DNA of 64,000 nt, taken from Lama glama. Taxonomy: Eukaryota. Of this stretch, positions 14,420 to 27,000 are shown piece by piece; positions within the stretch are counted from its first letter, which is position 1; every line of letters starts with the position of its first letter. The stretch spans positions 44,828,001-44,892,000 of the forward strand of contig CM052817.1 in the NCBI GenBank assembly GCA_028534125.1, read 5' to 3'. The notes below the pieces were generated by a model. It did not search any database, was not told where the DNA came from, and saw nothing but the letters and a program-made list of their open reading frames with translations. The position numbers and the translations under genes are program-made.

Positions 14420-14705
14420 TTCCATTGCATCAAAAACAAAAGCATACCTAGAAATAAACTTAACCGAAGAGGTTACCTATACTCTAAAAACTGCAAAAAC
14501 ACTGATGAAGGAAATTGATGATACAAAGATATGGAAATATATTTTGTGCTCTTGGATTGGAAGAATCATTATCAAAATGGCCATACTACCCAAAGCAACC
14601 TGCAGATTCAATGCAACCCTGTCAAAATATGACATTTTTCATAGAGCTAGAGCAAACAGTTCCAAAATTCATATCAAACCATAAAAAACCCTGTATTGCC
14701 AGAGC
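14420..14705 (+). mobile_element. L1 ORF2 fragment (decayed)
   Basis: ORF 14379..14684 contains YLEINLT..., WKYILCSWIGRIIIKMAILPKATCRFNA, typical of L1 ORF2p. Confidence 0.92.
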
Positions 14706-14744
14706 AGTCTTTTGTAGGTCTTTTTTTTTCCCTTTCTTCTTTTT

Positions 14745-16745
14745 CTTTTTTTGTGGTTTGATCACTAGAGAAGTTCCTTTAACATTTGTTGTAAAGCTGG
14801 GTTGGTGGTGCTGAATTCTTTTAGGTTTTGTTTATCTGTGAAGCTTTTGATTTGTCCATCAAATCTGAATGAGAGCCTTGCTGGATAGTGTATTCTTGGT
14901 TGTGAGTTTTCCCTTTGCATCACTTTAAATATATTATGCCACTCCCTTCTGGCCTGTAGAGAGTTTCTGCTGAAAAATCAGCTGATAACCTTATGGGAGT
15001 TCCCTTGTATATTATTTGTTGCTTTTCTCTTGCTAATTTTAATATTTTCTCCTTATCCTTAATTGTTGTCAATTTGATGACTATGTGTCTTGGCGTGTTC
15101 CTCTTTGGGTTGATTCTGTGTGGAACTCTCTGCACTTCCTGGACTTGAGTGACTTTCCTTTCCCAAGTTGGGGAAGTTTTTGGTTATTATCTCCTCAAAA
15201 ATTTTCTCAGGTCTTCTCTCTCTCTCTCTTCCTTTTCTGGGACCCCTGTCATGTGAACATTAGTGCACTTCATGTTGTCCCAGAGTTCTTTTAAACTACC
15301 CTCATTTCTTTTCATTCTTTTTTCTTTTTTCTGTTCTGCAGTACTGATTTCCACTAATCTGTCTTCTAGCTCATTGATTCATTCTTCTGCCTCATTTAGT
15401 CTATTCTTGGTTCCTTTTAGTGTGTTATTCATTTCAGTAATTTTATTCTTCAACTCTGGGCATTCTTTATATTTTCCAGCTGTGCTAAAAACTTTACTCT
15501 GTGCGTCTGTACTCCTCTTGAGTTCTCTGAACATCTTGGCCATCATTACTTTAAACTCTTACTCAGATAAATTACCTGTCTCCTTATCACTTATTTCTTC
15601 TTCTGGGATTTTATCTTGTGCCTTAGCCTGGGACGTATTCCTTTGTCGTCTCATATCATCTGTCTTTCTATTTTTATTTTAGGTAAGTTAGTTATGTTTC
15701 TGCACCTTAGAGAGGAGGCCCTCTGTGGGAGATGTCCTATGCGTCCCAGCTTTACACTCCTCTCTTGTCACCCAAGGGCCAGCGCCCAGCCAGTCCCAGT
15801 GTAGAGTCTGGCCTGTGTTTGTGGATTCCTTCCACAGGCTTTGGGATTGTTGTTTTCTTATTTCTAGTATCTGCGCATGGTAGATGAGGCTAGACTAGAG
15901 GCTTATGCAGGGTCCTGGCAGCAGGAGCTGGTGCCTGCCTACTGCCGGTGAAGCTTGGTCTTGGACCTCTGATGGGTAGGGCCACGTCTAGAGGCGTTTG
16001 TGGCTCAGGAAGTCTGCAGATGGGAGGGGCTGTGTTCCCACCCAGTATGTTGTTTGGCCTGAGGCTCCCTAGCCCTTGAGCCTATAGGCTGTTGGGTGGG
16101 GCTATGTCTTGGTGCTAATGACCCAAACAAGATGTCAGCCTCCAGGAAAGCTCATATAGATGAACACTCCTGGAATGTCCACTGCCAGCTTTTATGTCCC
16201 CTGGGTGAGCCACAGCTGTCCCCTACCTTCCCAGGAGAACTTCTAAAACCAGCAGGCAGGTCTGGCCCAGGTTCCTATGAGATCACTGCCTCTACCCGTG
16301 GACCTGGCACATGCAAGATTCTGTGTATCCTTACCAAGAGAATGAAGTCTGTTTCCCCCAGTCCCATGGTGCTCCTGGAGCTAAGCCACACTGGCCTTCG
16401 AAACCAGATGTCCTGGGATCTCCTCCTCCCAATGCCAGAACCCTGGGCTGGGGAGCCTGATGTGGGGCTCAGAACTCTCCTGTGGGAGCACCTCTGTGAT
16501 TTAGTTATTCTTCAGCTTGTGGGTCACCCACCCTGGGGGTATGGAGCCTGATTATATCGCAGGCACCACCCCTCCTACTGTCCCACTGTGGTTCCCTCTT
16601 TATGTTTCCAGTAGAAGATCTTTTTTGCTAGGTTCTAGTCTTTTTATTTGATGGTTGTTTAGCAGTCAGTTGTGGTTTTGTTGTAGTCGTGAGGAGAGGT
16701 GAGCTCGTGGTCGTGCTACTCTGACATCTTGACCAGAAATCTCCC
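14745..16745 (-). mobile_element. L1 5' UTR + ORF1 relic, antisense to SCARB2
   Basis: ORF 14920..15135 QRVPHRINPKRNTPRHIVIKL...YKGTPIRLSADFSAETL is L1 ORF1p. The reverse complement near 16745 reads gggagatttctggtcaagatgtcagagtag, an L1 5'-end-like sequence. Confidence 0.9.
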
Positions 16746-16924
16746 TGTTAATTTTTTTTGAATTCATTAGAAAAAACTTGGAAAATACAGACTCTCATCA
16801 AGTAGAAAATAACAATCCAGATTCCAACATGCAGAGTTAATCACTCTTCACATTCTGGCTTGTTTTCTTTTAGTCTATGCTTTTATCTTTCTTGTAGTCT
16901 TAACTTTAAAAATGTGGTTTTTCA

Positions 16925-17050
16925 TAATGGAAAAGAAACTGAAAAAATATATATGAATGTATGCATATGTATAATTGAGTCACTTTGCTGCACACCTGAA
17001 ACTAACATTGTAAATTGACTACACTTCAATTAAAAATTAAGAATTTAAAA
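16925..17050 (+). mobile_element. Short L1 3'-terminal fragment
   Basis: gagtcactttgctgcacacctgaaactaacattgtaaattgactacacttcaattaaaaa. Confidence 0.85.
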
Positions 17051-17130
17051 AATGCAGTTTTTCTTTATTAACAAGTTAAAGACTATTAGGACTACTGGAT
17101 ATTAGGTTTCTCTCTATTAACCTTGGGTGC

Positions 17131-17862
17131 TGTGTTAATCAGGCTTCTCTTGCAATGCTGGATAACAAACACTCCCAAATCTCAGTGGCTTGCAGCAGTA
17201 ACATTTATTTCCCACTTGTTGTGGCCAGGTTGGCTGCAATTTGAGCTTAGCTGGGTCAGCTGACCTAGGCTGGACTCCCAGCTTCATGTCTAAAATGGTC
17301 TAAAATCACCATTTTAGGACCTTGGCTGAAGGATCACCAGCTACCTGGGACAGGGCATGCTCTTCTCTTGGCAGAGGGTGGCTGGTGGAAACTTGCTTTG
17401 CCTCTTAAGGCCTCAAAGGTGGGGCATTGCCATCCACCCACATTCTGTTGATCAGATCAAGGCACTTGGCCACACCTGAAGTCTGTAGGGTGGGTAGAAC
17501 ACTCCCATAGGGTTTACCTAACGAATCCCGTAGACTGGGGATTTGAACAACAGAAATTTACGGTCTCACAGTTCTGGAGGCTGGAAGTCTGAGATCAAGA
17601 TGTCAGCAAGGTTGATTTCTTCTGAGGCCTCTCTCCTTGGCTTGTAGATGGCTGTCTTCTTCCTGTGTCTTCATATGACCTTTCTTTTGTGTGTATTTGT
17701 GTCCTAATCTCTTCTTATAAGGACATCAATCATACTGGATTACAGCCCACCCTAATAACTTCATTTAACCTTTCGTTTCTCTGTCTCCAAATACACATTC
17801 TGAGGTACTAGGGCTAGGACTTCAACATATGAATTTTGGGGCACACAGTTTAGCCCATAATA
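17131..17862. mobile_element. MaLR LTRs: an older MLT1-type (~17131-17510) adjoining an MLT1A/B-type (~17515-17862)
   Basis: aaacactcccaaatctcagtggcttg...; aacaacagaaattta..tctcacagttctggaggctggaagtctgagatcaag...ttcaacatatgaattttgggg. Confidence 0.85.
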
Positions 17863-18502
17863 TGTGATAAGGGTGGGAAACAAAGGAAGAATTGTAGACA
17901 AAGAATACCCTAAGCACAGCCCCAGTGCGACTCAGCTTTCTCATCTTTAAACAGGGATAGGCATCTCTACGTTCTGGGTTTGTTGGAGATTGAATGAGAA
18001 AATGCATGTGAAACATGGTGGTTGAGATAGTAGGGATGGGTGTGGTTCTACCTCAGATGGAAGGACCAAAGTAGCCTTCTTGGCCTCTCCCCCTATTCTC
18101 TCACGTGGGTGAGCTGGGATTGCATGATGGTCCTCAAAATGGCCTGACTTCCATAGCAGCTGTCCGATTGGTAGACTGTTCATAACAAAGAGAAAAAGGC
18201 CTTTCGGGTATTCAAGCTGTGGCCTTGGTTTTGGTAATCTATGGTTTTCCAGCCATGAGCTATGGCTCTAGCATCCTTCCTTTACCACAAATATTTATCG
18301 AAGTCCTTTTATGGCTTATTAGAGCTGTGGGATTCATATTGACATAAGGCATGGCATTGATCTTGACGAATTGTAGTTGAATGCCTATGAAAAAAAGTAA
18401 GAGAGCCAGGAGGTTAAAGGGCAGGGTGTACCTCTGTCTGCCTCGGTGTTCAAAACCAACTGCCTTACACTTTGTAAATCTCCTTTTGGTTTTCTCCCCT
18501 AG

Positions 18503-18660
18503 AATATCGTGTTAAGGAATGGTTCCGAGACTTTTGACTCCTGGAGGAAGCCCCCTCTGCCCGTGTACTCCCAGTTCTATTTCTTCAATGTCACCAATCC
18601 AGAGGAGATCCTCAGAGGGGAGATTCCTCGGTTGGAAGAAGTGGGGCCATACACCTACAG
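18503..18660 (+). CDS. SCARB2: SCARB2 exon 2 (158 nt): NIVLRNGSETFDSWRKPPLPVYSQFYFFNVTNPEEILRGEIPRLEEVGPYTY(R)
   Basis: Pyrimidine tract + AG at 18501-18502; donor AG|GTGAGT at 18661; CD36-family motifs FYFFNVTNP and EVGPYTY. Confidence 0.98.
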
Positions 18661-19077
18661 GTGAGTCCTGACCACCTCCCTGCCGTAGCAACCAGAAGTA
18701 TGGAGTGTCCCCCCTTCCCCCCAGGTTGGGTCCTCGTCTCTTCCCATGAGCATCCTCTGTGTGCTGCATGGGAAGCACAGGTTTTGGCTACCTCTGTCTG
18801 AAATGTTGCTGGTGTGATACCACAGCAAAGAATGGCTTTGTGGATGGGGCCAGTCTCAGCCTGTGTTGTTTAGAAATGCAGCTGCTTCCTCCTGAGTTGG
18901 CGGAATGTGGTTACTGAGTGCTGAAGAGCTACTCCCCACTGTCTGCCCTTTTAAGGTCGCCCTTTGATTTTCTTTGGTGTCTTTTAGGGTCTTTCCCTAA
19001 TTCCCTTCCCCACTTAGCTAGTTTTAGACCAGTTCCTAGGATTCATTGTTTGTCTGCAGACAGGCCTTTCTGTCTCC

Positions 19078-19398
19078 TTTTCTTTTTTTCGTTGAGGTAT
19101 AGTCAGTTTACAATGTTGTGTCGATTTCTGGAGTACAGCACAATTCTTCAGTCATACATGAATATAAATATATTCATTTTCATATTCTTTTTCACCATAA
19201 GCTTCTACAAGGATTTGAATATATCTCCCTGTGCTATACAGTATAAACTTGTTTATCTATTTTTTATGTATCAGTCGATACCTGCAAATCTCGAACTCCC
19301 AGTTTATCCCTTTCCACTCCCCTCCCCCTGGCAACCACAAGTCTGTATTCTATGTCTGTGAGTCTGTTTCTGTTTTATATATAAGTTTATTTGTCTTT
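19078..19398 (-). mobile_element. L1 3' end fragment with TSD
   Basis: T-run then gttgaggtatagtcagtttacaatgttgtgtc...; TTTCTGTCTC at 19067-19076 and 19399-19408. Confidence 0.9.
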
Positions 19399-19674
19399 TT
19401 TCTGTCTCTTCTTATTCACTCCTTTCCCCACCCATCCTGAGTACAAGAGATAACCAGGTGGCGGGGTGAGTTAGAGTCTTTGGCAGTGACCACCAATTCC
19501 AACTGCTGGTGAGTTAGGAGAATTGCTTTAATCATTTTTTAAAAAAGATTAAAAGGAAGCTGTTGGGGATCTTATGGTCAGAGTATTTTTTCTACTATTG
19601 CCCTACCCCCAAGGGCAATAACCTCCCCAACACCTCTTGCAATAATCTTTCCAATAAAGTTTCTCCTTAACAGA

Positions 19675-19816
19675 TTTTTTTGGGGGGGCAGGGTAATTAG
19701 GTTTATTTATTTATCTATTTATCTATTCATTTTTTAATGGAGGTACTAGGAATTGAACTCAGGACCTAGTGCATGCTAAGTACACACTCTACCACTGAGC
19801 TATACCTCCCCACCCC
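19675..19816 (-). mobile_element. tRNA-derived SINE (camelid Vic-1-like)
   Basis: Reverse complement: ggggaggtatagctcagtggtagagtgtgtacttagcatgcactaggtcctgagttcaattcctagtacctcc with Pol III A/B boxes and an A-rich tail. Confidence 0.88.
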
Positions 19817-20019
19817 TCTCTTTACCAAGTTTAAAAAAAAATAGTAGAGGAAGCAGACAGCAAGATCTTTCTTCTTCAGAGCTGCCACATGCTAAAAATA
19901 CCTCACAATTCTGTCCTAACTGGTTGCTCAATAAATGGTTGCTCACTGACTCATTCATTGTGAATTAGTGCTATCTCAGAGCTGGAATTCTGAGATAAAA
20001 ATCCTGGCTCCTGCCTCAG

Positions 20020-20257
20020 GTGTCCATGATCTGACTCTGGAGTTGAATGGCCTGTTGTGACTCTCACCTCTGCCACTTACTAGTTCTCTGTGTTTCAGTT
20101 CCTCAGTTCCCTTATCTATAAAGTGGGGATAAAAATAGGACCTCTATCCTGTAATTGTTACGAGGACTGAGTGAGTCAGTGGGTCAGTATTTATAAAGTG
20201 ATTAGGCTAGTGCCCAGCACATATTTAGTGCTAATTAGTGTCTGATGTTATTATTAG
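20020..20257 (+). mobile_element. MIR SINE relic
   Basis: ctctgccacttactag...cctcagttcccttatctataaagtggggataaaaatag. Confidence 0.75.
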
Positions 20258-20511
20258 TGGATTGTCTTAGCCTCTGCAAATCAAGACCCAGAATTGTGAA
20301 GATGAGCTTTGTTGCTGTATGGTAGAATTAAAAAAAAAACAAACTTGGATCCTCATTTTAAAAAGCATTTTTGTATGTTTAATGCCTAAAGAAACACTGT
20401 GTACTGGGTAGAGCAGGTCTGCATTAGAGGCTGTCCAGCTCAGGGACAGTTAGAAGTTGAACCAGAATTAGGATCTGAGTGCCCTGTTTGTTGGTTTGTT
20501 TTGCAATTTTA

Positions 20512-20792
20512 ACCATTTTTTATGGTGATTTTCAAAAACTCCACATGTAAAATGTACCATTTTTACCATTTTTAAGTGCAGTTCAGTAGTGTTAAGTATA
20601 TTCACAGTGTTGTAAAACAGACCTCCAGGATTTTTTCATCTTTCAGACCTGAAACTGTATAGCCATTAAATAACTCCATTTTTATCCCTCCCCACTGCCC
20701 CTAGTAACTACCATTTTACTTTGTTTCTATGAATTTGACTGCTGTAGAGTTCTCATATAAGTGAAATCATACACAGTATCTGTCTTTTTGCT
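20512..20792 (-). mobile_element. L1MB-type 3' end relic
   Basis: ccatttttaagtgcagttcagtagtgttaagtatattcacagtgttg...ctatgaatttgact. Confidence 0.8.
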
Positions 20793-21886
20793 GGTTTTGT
20801 TTTTTAACTGAATTCCTTCTGGTAAGTGGGATGGCTGCCTCCTTTCAAGAATGAACTCACCTGAGAACTAAAGAAAAACCCCAGCAAACAGTTCTCCTCC
20901 TGGGTCTCCTGGGCCTGTTCCTGTGGTCATTATCCTCATCTCAGAAAAAGGCCTGGGTTCTACTCAGAACCCAAGGAAACATAGTATTCCATTAAGACAC
21001 CTTCTGGGCCATTGTGTCTGCTGGCTTAATGCGCTGTCATAATGTGGTTATGGGAATAAATGAATCCTAGGAATGAAACAGTATCTGACTCTTACCCCAC
21101 TCCCTGCATGTCCCATCTTAGAGGGACCTCAACTGACTCCTGAGGAAAGCCTGGGAACACCTCACAGGGATTCTTAAGCCTTGAACCATGATCCTAAGGG
21201 ATCCACTGATAGAATTCAAGGTTCTCTGTGACTTGGGGAAAAAAATTACAGTTCATCTTCATTAGCCACACACTAAAATTTAACATTTCCTTTGAGTGTG
21301 AAAATAGGCAACAGATCACAGCAGTGTTAGCAGTACAGTGGATTCACCACTAAAGGAAACAGATACTGTGTCTCTTGATAGCTGTTGCTTGAAGTATCAT
21401 TCATGTTCATTAATATTTCAAAATTACAGTCATTGTTAGACCTGCTGCTGCGTCTCATTTAGAATCAATAAAGAAGCACACATATTGCCATATCACAGAT
21501 TTTTACAATGACACCTGCAGTTTAGTAATTGTTTTCCTTTGTAACCCTAGGTATTTTATTTTCTGTGTGTAAAAACATTTATGTAAGAAAGAATCCATCA
21601 GATTGACACAGGGGCCCATGGCAGAGGGAAGGTAAAAACCCTGAGAGCAGATCCTGTAGGTTGGAAGACAGGCTGGTCACTCACTGACTGTTTCATTTTT
21701 GCCTCCATGAGTTTTCCTGCCTCCGGTTTTCTCCCTGCCCTGGTCTCTCCCATTCTGCTGCCACTGTGGTATTCCAGAGCACATTATCTGACATTTCCTT
21801 TCTTCCCTGCTCAGGGTTCTAGTGCCTCTCCCAGTGTGATGTCCAGGGCCTGAACAGTCTGGCTCCTTCTGTATGTCTAGCCTCTG

Positions 21887-21938
21887 TTTAATTTTAATTT
21901 TAATTTTAATTTTAATTTTAATTTTAATTTAATTTTTT
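21887..21938. repeat. (TTTTAA)n hexanucleotide microsatellite
   Basis: Directly visible. Confidence 0.95.
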
Positions 21939-22035
21939 GGCACTCTAAACCTAGAATTTTATTCTCTAACCAAAGCCAATTTCATACTCTAACCACAATT
22001 ATCCAATAGAAATTTAATATGAATGTCAACTTAAA

Positions 22036-22067
<32 letters not shown>

Positions 22068-22486
22068 ACACACACACACGCATGCACACACACACACCGT
22101 AAAAGCTGAAGCAAGTTTATTCAGTGTCTTACTGAGAACTGTAGCTCAAGAGAGGGCCTCTTAGACAGCTCTGAGAAATTGTTCCAAAGAAGTAAGGGAG
22201 GAGCCAGAATATACATGAATTTTTTTGTGGGAAAAAGAAACATGTAGTCAAAGATCAAAAAATTACTGCTACTCACAAGAACAGACATTCCAAATTAATA
22301 ATCTTAGTGCTTTTCCATGTGTGGAAAGATGCAAGAATCTGGGATCATTGAACTATTTACTTAAATATACATCTTAACTATCTAAGGGCTGGTATCCAAA
22401 GCACAGATTGCTTCCTGTTTTTCTGCATCCTGAATTCCCCTCAGGCTCACTGTCAGTAGGCACACATGTGCTATAACTGGATTTGT

Positions 22487-23165
22487 CCCATATGATCCAG
22501 CAATCCCACTCCTGGGCTTATATCCAGAAAAGATGAAAATTCTAATTCAAAAAGATACATGCACCCAATGTTCATAGCAGCACTATATATAATAGCCAAG
22601 ACGTGGAAACAACCTAAATGTCCATCAACAGATGAACAGATAAAGAAGATGTGCCATATATATATATATGTATATACATATATATATATATGCAGTGGAA
22701 TATTACTCAGCCATAAAAATGAAATGTTGCCATTTGCAGCAACATGGATGGACCTAGAGATTATCATAATAAGTGAACTAAGTCAGACAAAGACAAATAT
22801 CATCTGCTATCACTTATATCTGGAATCTAAAAAAGTAATACTAATGAACTTATTTACAAAACAGAAAAAGACTCAGACATAGAAAACAAACTTACGGTTG
22901 TCAAACGGGAAAGGGAGTGGGGGAAGGATAAATTAGGAGTATGGAATTAACATAGTACTACATATAAAATAGGTAAATAACAAGGACTTACTGTATAGCA
23001 CAGGGAACTATATTTAATATCTTATAAAACCTATAATGGATAAAAATCTGAAAAATTATATATATCTATATATAGATATATATAGATATCTGAATCACTT
23101 TGCATATACCTGAAATTAACACAATATTTTGAAGCAACTATATTTCAATAAAAATAAAAAATTTT
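22487..23165 (+). mobile_element. L1 ORF2-end + 3' UTR inserted into the proviral 3' LTR
   Basis: ORF 22559..22882 PMFIAALYIIAKTWKQPKCPS is the L1 ORF2p C-terminus; ends in an aataaaaataaaaa tail. Confidence 0.93.
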
Positions 23166-23871
23166 AAAAACCTTTAATTTCTAGTGAAAACTAGATAGTA
23201 AGCTATTATGAACTTTTACATTAGCATTCTGTAGATTGGCAAAGTTATAAATACCATTGATGATTGTTTTAAACATGTGCCTTTTTATGGAAAATTTTTC
23301 AATGTGTACCAAATATATTTATTAATGATCCTAAATATCTTTAATTTCTCTGTAAAAGAAAGCCTATTTTCAGTAATTAATGCTTCAGTATCTTACTTTA
23401 TTTGGGATGATTTAGATATTTAATACATTTCTATCATTTAACTTAGCAAAACTATAAAGTTTCAAGTTACCAAAAATCTGGAGAAACTAATCTTGAGTAG
23501 ACATACCATGAAACATAGTAATTCTTAAGGAGTTCACTGAAAGGCTCTTACCCCCAATTTTATCTATTTAATTCATTTGTTCCTAACAGTTATGTTTAGA
23601 TTACCCATGAAAACTTGAGGAGACATTAGACCAAATCAACCATCATCCCAGGCTATTTTTCTTGCTCATAAATTTTATAACAGAAATAATATGATCATAT
23701 TTGATGGGGGGCAATAAAAGTAAGACATGTCTATTAATTAAACCAACAAACTTAAACTTTAAATCAAATATTAATTTAATATTAAATATTTTCCAGATCG
23801 CATGAACTTGAAATTATTTTTGGTTAGTTTCTGTTTCATTTAGAAATATTTAATTTATAAGTGCTTACTTT

Positions 23872-24080
23872 TTTTGTATATATATGTATATTTTAAAGTA
23901 TAGTCAGTTTACAATGTGTCAATTTTTGGTGTACAGCATAATCTTCAGTTATACATGAATATACATATATTCATTTTCATGTTCTTTTTCACTGTAAGTT
24001 ACTATAAGATACTGAATATAGTTCCTTGTGCTATACAGTATGAACTTGTTGTTTATCTATTTTATATATATTAGTTTCTG
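23872..24080 (-). mobile_element. L1 3' end inserted into the proviral internal region
   Basis: TSD tataagtgcttacttt (23856-23871) / tataaatgcttccttt (24081-24096). Confidence 0.88.
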
Positions 24081-27000
24081 TATAAATGCTTCCTTTTAAG
24101 AGCTCTTTTATAAATTAATATTGATGATACAATCTGGAAGCAGAGACATATCTTATCTATAATGTACACACATAGCTTCATTTTATAACTTAGTCTTGAA
24201 TCAGGTAGTACAATAAAAACTTACTAGTTTATAAATAATAGTTGGAATAAGTTAACATTTATTTGCTCAGATGACTGAGCCTTTTTACTATTTGTGGAAA
24301 AGACTTTTAAGATTGTTTTGGTCCTTGATAAATCCTAAGGAGGCTGTGAATTAGATTTTGGGTGAGGGAACTGTTCCAGCCCCACCCCCTTTTTTGGTTA
24401 CAGACTCTACCTAATTGAGTTAATTAGGCTCAGTCTCATGTCATTATGGACTGTATTTACATTTCTGGTCTGTAGAGATTTACAATCAAAGACAATTGCT
24501 TTTAATTCCCCAAAGAACTGGTCTGCTGCCTAAATGATATCAAAAGATTGATTTGCCCAACTACATTTTCTTTGTTTTTTTGTATTAGTGAGATTTCTAA
24601 CTAGACTGGAAATAAAGAGTTCTATGTTCTAGAACTTTAGGGTATATTCTATCATGCCTTCAAAAGTTTGCACAAGGTATTAAACAAAGGTCCTCTTTCT
24701 GCACAAGTCAAACCCTGAACACTTTACCCTAGGGGCAAAAAAGAATCTCCACTTTTGCTTTATTAACTCCTGAATGTTAGCCCCCAGTTTTTACTTCATA
24801 TTTTGTTGGCTCAGGTAACTCTGTTGGTTTCCTCTAGAATGTTTAGTATTGTATTCTTGGGGCAGATTTGTATGCCCTGTTAATAGGTTATACCAGGAAG
24901 GGAAAACATTCACCAGTGAGATATAATGTCTATCCCACAGTATAATCAGGCAAAAGAGATGTAACCATCTTACATAAATCCTCTTCAAATACACTAATTT
25001 TTAAAAATAAATTTTTATCTCGGTTCTATCAACTCTTGTACTTTTAACTTTAGCCAAGGGACCCAGGCCCTTTTGTGAATCTTTAACTTGATTAATTGGC
25101 TTAACTGTTGCCCCAAGCTATTTCTGGTCAAGTATCTCAGTGTAATTTTCTTCTAGCCTTAAAAAAATATTTTTTTAGCTGGAGTAAATAAAGCAGACTT
25201 TTGGGGGGCCCTTTACTGTTAGGGGTACCAATGGGGTCCTATTCCCAGTTGGTCCCATGGGCCAATAGGTCTTTGGCCCATTCAACTTCAGGTAGTGTTG
25301 TATCAAAGCCTTTGTGTTAACCTCATCAGTGTCCATTTTATTTATCCCAGTTTTAATCACCATCTAAAGATTTCCATCCTGTTGGGATGAGTCACTTTAA
25401 AATTTCCACCTTATTGGGAAGAAGTCGGTTGAGTTTTGCCTCATCTTCTTTCTATTCCCTTTTTAGTCAACCTAATTAACATTAATTAACGTAATGTTTT
25501 TATTAGCATCCTAAGACCCATTGAAGGAAAGCCAAGACCACAAATAAGTTTTCCCAAACCATTTTGCTTTGTTTTAAACTAAGGAAGTTCTTAAGTTAGC
25601 TGTTACATTTTTTGTATCTACCTTTTAATTTGGTCTTTTTGTAGGTAGGTATCAGTAAAGCAGCTATTTATAATGAGAGCACTCTAAAAATTTACCAATT
25701 AAGAAGTTTCTGCCATTTAAAGGATCCATCATCTGGTATTGATGAATAGTATCTTAATAGTGATAACCAGGAAGATGCCACAGGCGCCCCCAACAGGAGA
25801 GTGCAAAGGATGCAGCCTTCACAAGATCCAGAAAGTTTACTCCCAAAAATAATCTAAGATAGTAAAGGCCTTTGTTGTATGGGTGGATGAAATGAAGATT
25901 AAGAAGAAAAAGGCCCCTTATGGGCTAGCACCCCTTATGCAAATTTTCCTGAGAGCTGGCACAGTCAGACAAAAAGACTGTTCATAATCCCAGTCTACTT
26001 GACTGGCTATCGCATCTACACTATATGTGTACCTTACTCATGATAGAGACTGCACTCTCAAAACACAGGACAAAATGCCTAAGAAGATCACATAGAATAT
26101 TTACATCTTAAAGGCATAGGGAAAGAAATACAAGTTCCTCCTAGGAAGGCTTTTATTTTTGTAAGATGAAAAGATGTTTTATCAAGCTGGCTTTCTCTAA
26201 CTCGGTATGCAAAAACTAGTTTTGGAATGTCAGAAAGAGCCCCATCCTGGCTGTTTTTAGGGAAAGATTTCAATTAGGTAATTACTTGGAAGTATAAATT
26301 CTGTACATACCTAAACCTGGCTGGATTTTAGTTGTTAGTTGGTGATTGGCTTTTCTGATGTCCCTCTTTTCTCTGTTTGAGAAACTCTTTCCCATTTTAA
26401 AGTTGAATTTGTCAGGGATAACATTTACTAATGAAATGGTGTGATGGGCCAGTGTACTGCCTGTGAGCTTAGCTCCTCTAGGTCATTTCCCTAGAGTCAT
26501 TTCCACTCTTTCACGTATCTTGGTATCTCCCTCTGGCAGTCTAAAACCACCATGGGTGTTGGGATCAACGAGTGGCTGATTGTCATACATGGTCCCCAGA
26601 TGAGCAAGGTTTTAATTAATGAGTGGATTTCCCTATGGGACCATAGTGAGGTATGAGGACTCTGCTTCCAACACTCCCATAAAATTTTCAATTGCCTGAG
26701 AAAGCCGTAAACACCTGGGAGTAGCCTTGTCCCTCTTCCTCAGAGCAGAGCTCTCATGTGATATCTCCACTTCTGTCCCCCAGAGTCTGTTAAGGTAGCC
26801 CAACTGAGAAAAGACATCTGGTTAGTCTCCTACCTAGTCACACAATCCAAGTCGCCTTAGTACCTTTCAGCTTAGCAAAATCATCCCAGTGTTTCTCAAC
26901 TGGGAGTAACCTCAGTGTCTTTCAACTGAACAAATATAGGCACCTCTTCTTGAACCTAAGCTTGAGGATAACCTACAGCACATAGCAAGGAGTTTAACAA

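Noticed and set aside
14379..15135. Active or domesticated L1 ORF1/ORF2
   Set aside because: Short, frameshifted and stop-interrupted fragments in opposite orientations.
15263..16551. ORFs of 139 and 151 aa on the + strand
   Set aside because: They are antisense readings of the L1 ORF1 and 5' UTR relic.
1..18502. SCARB2 exon 1 or promoter CpG island
   Set aside because: No MGRCCFY-like N-terminal TM exon or CpG island found; it must lie upstream of the window.
19738..19816. tRNA gene (A box tagctcagtgg, B box gttcaattcc), likewise at 43400, 48410 and 57520
   Set aside because: A-rich tails, TSDs at three of the four copies and mutual divergence mark these as tRNA-derived SINEs.
22656..22691. 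TA-rich palindromes (also near 23058-23090)
   Set aside because: A trivial consequence of (TA)n expansions inside an L1 3' UTR.
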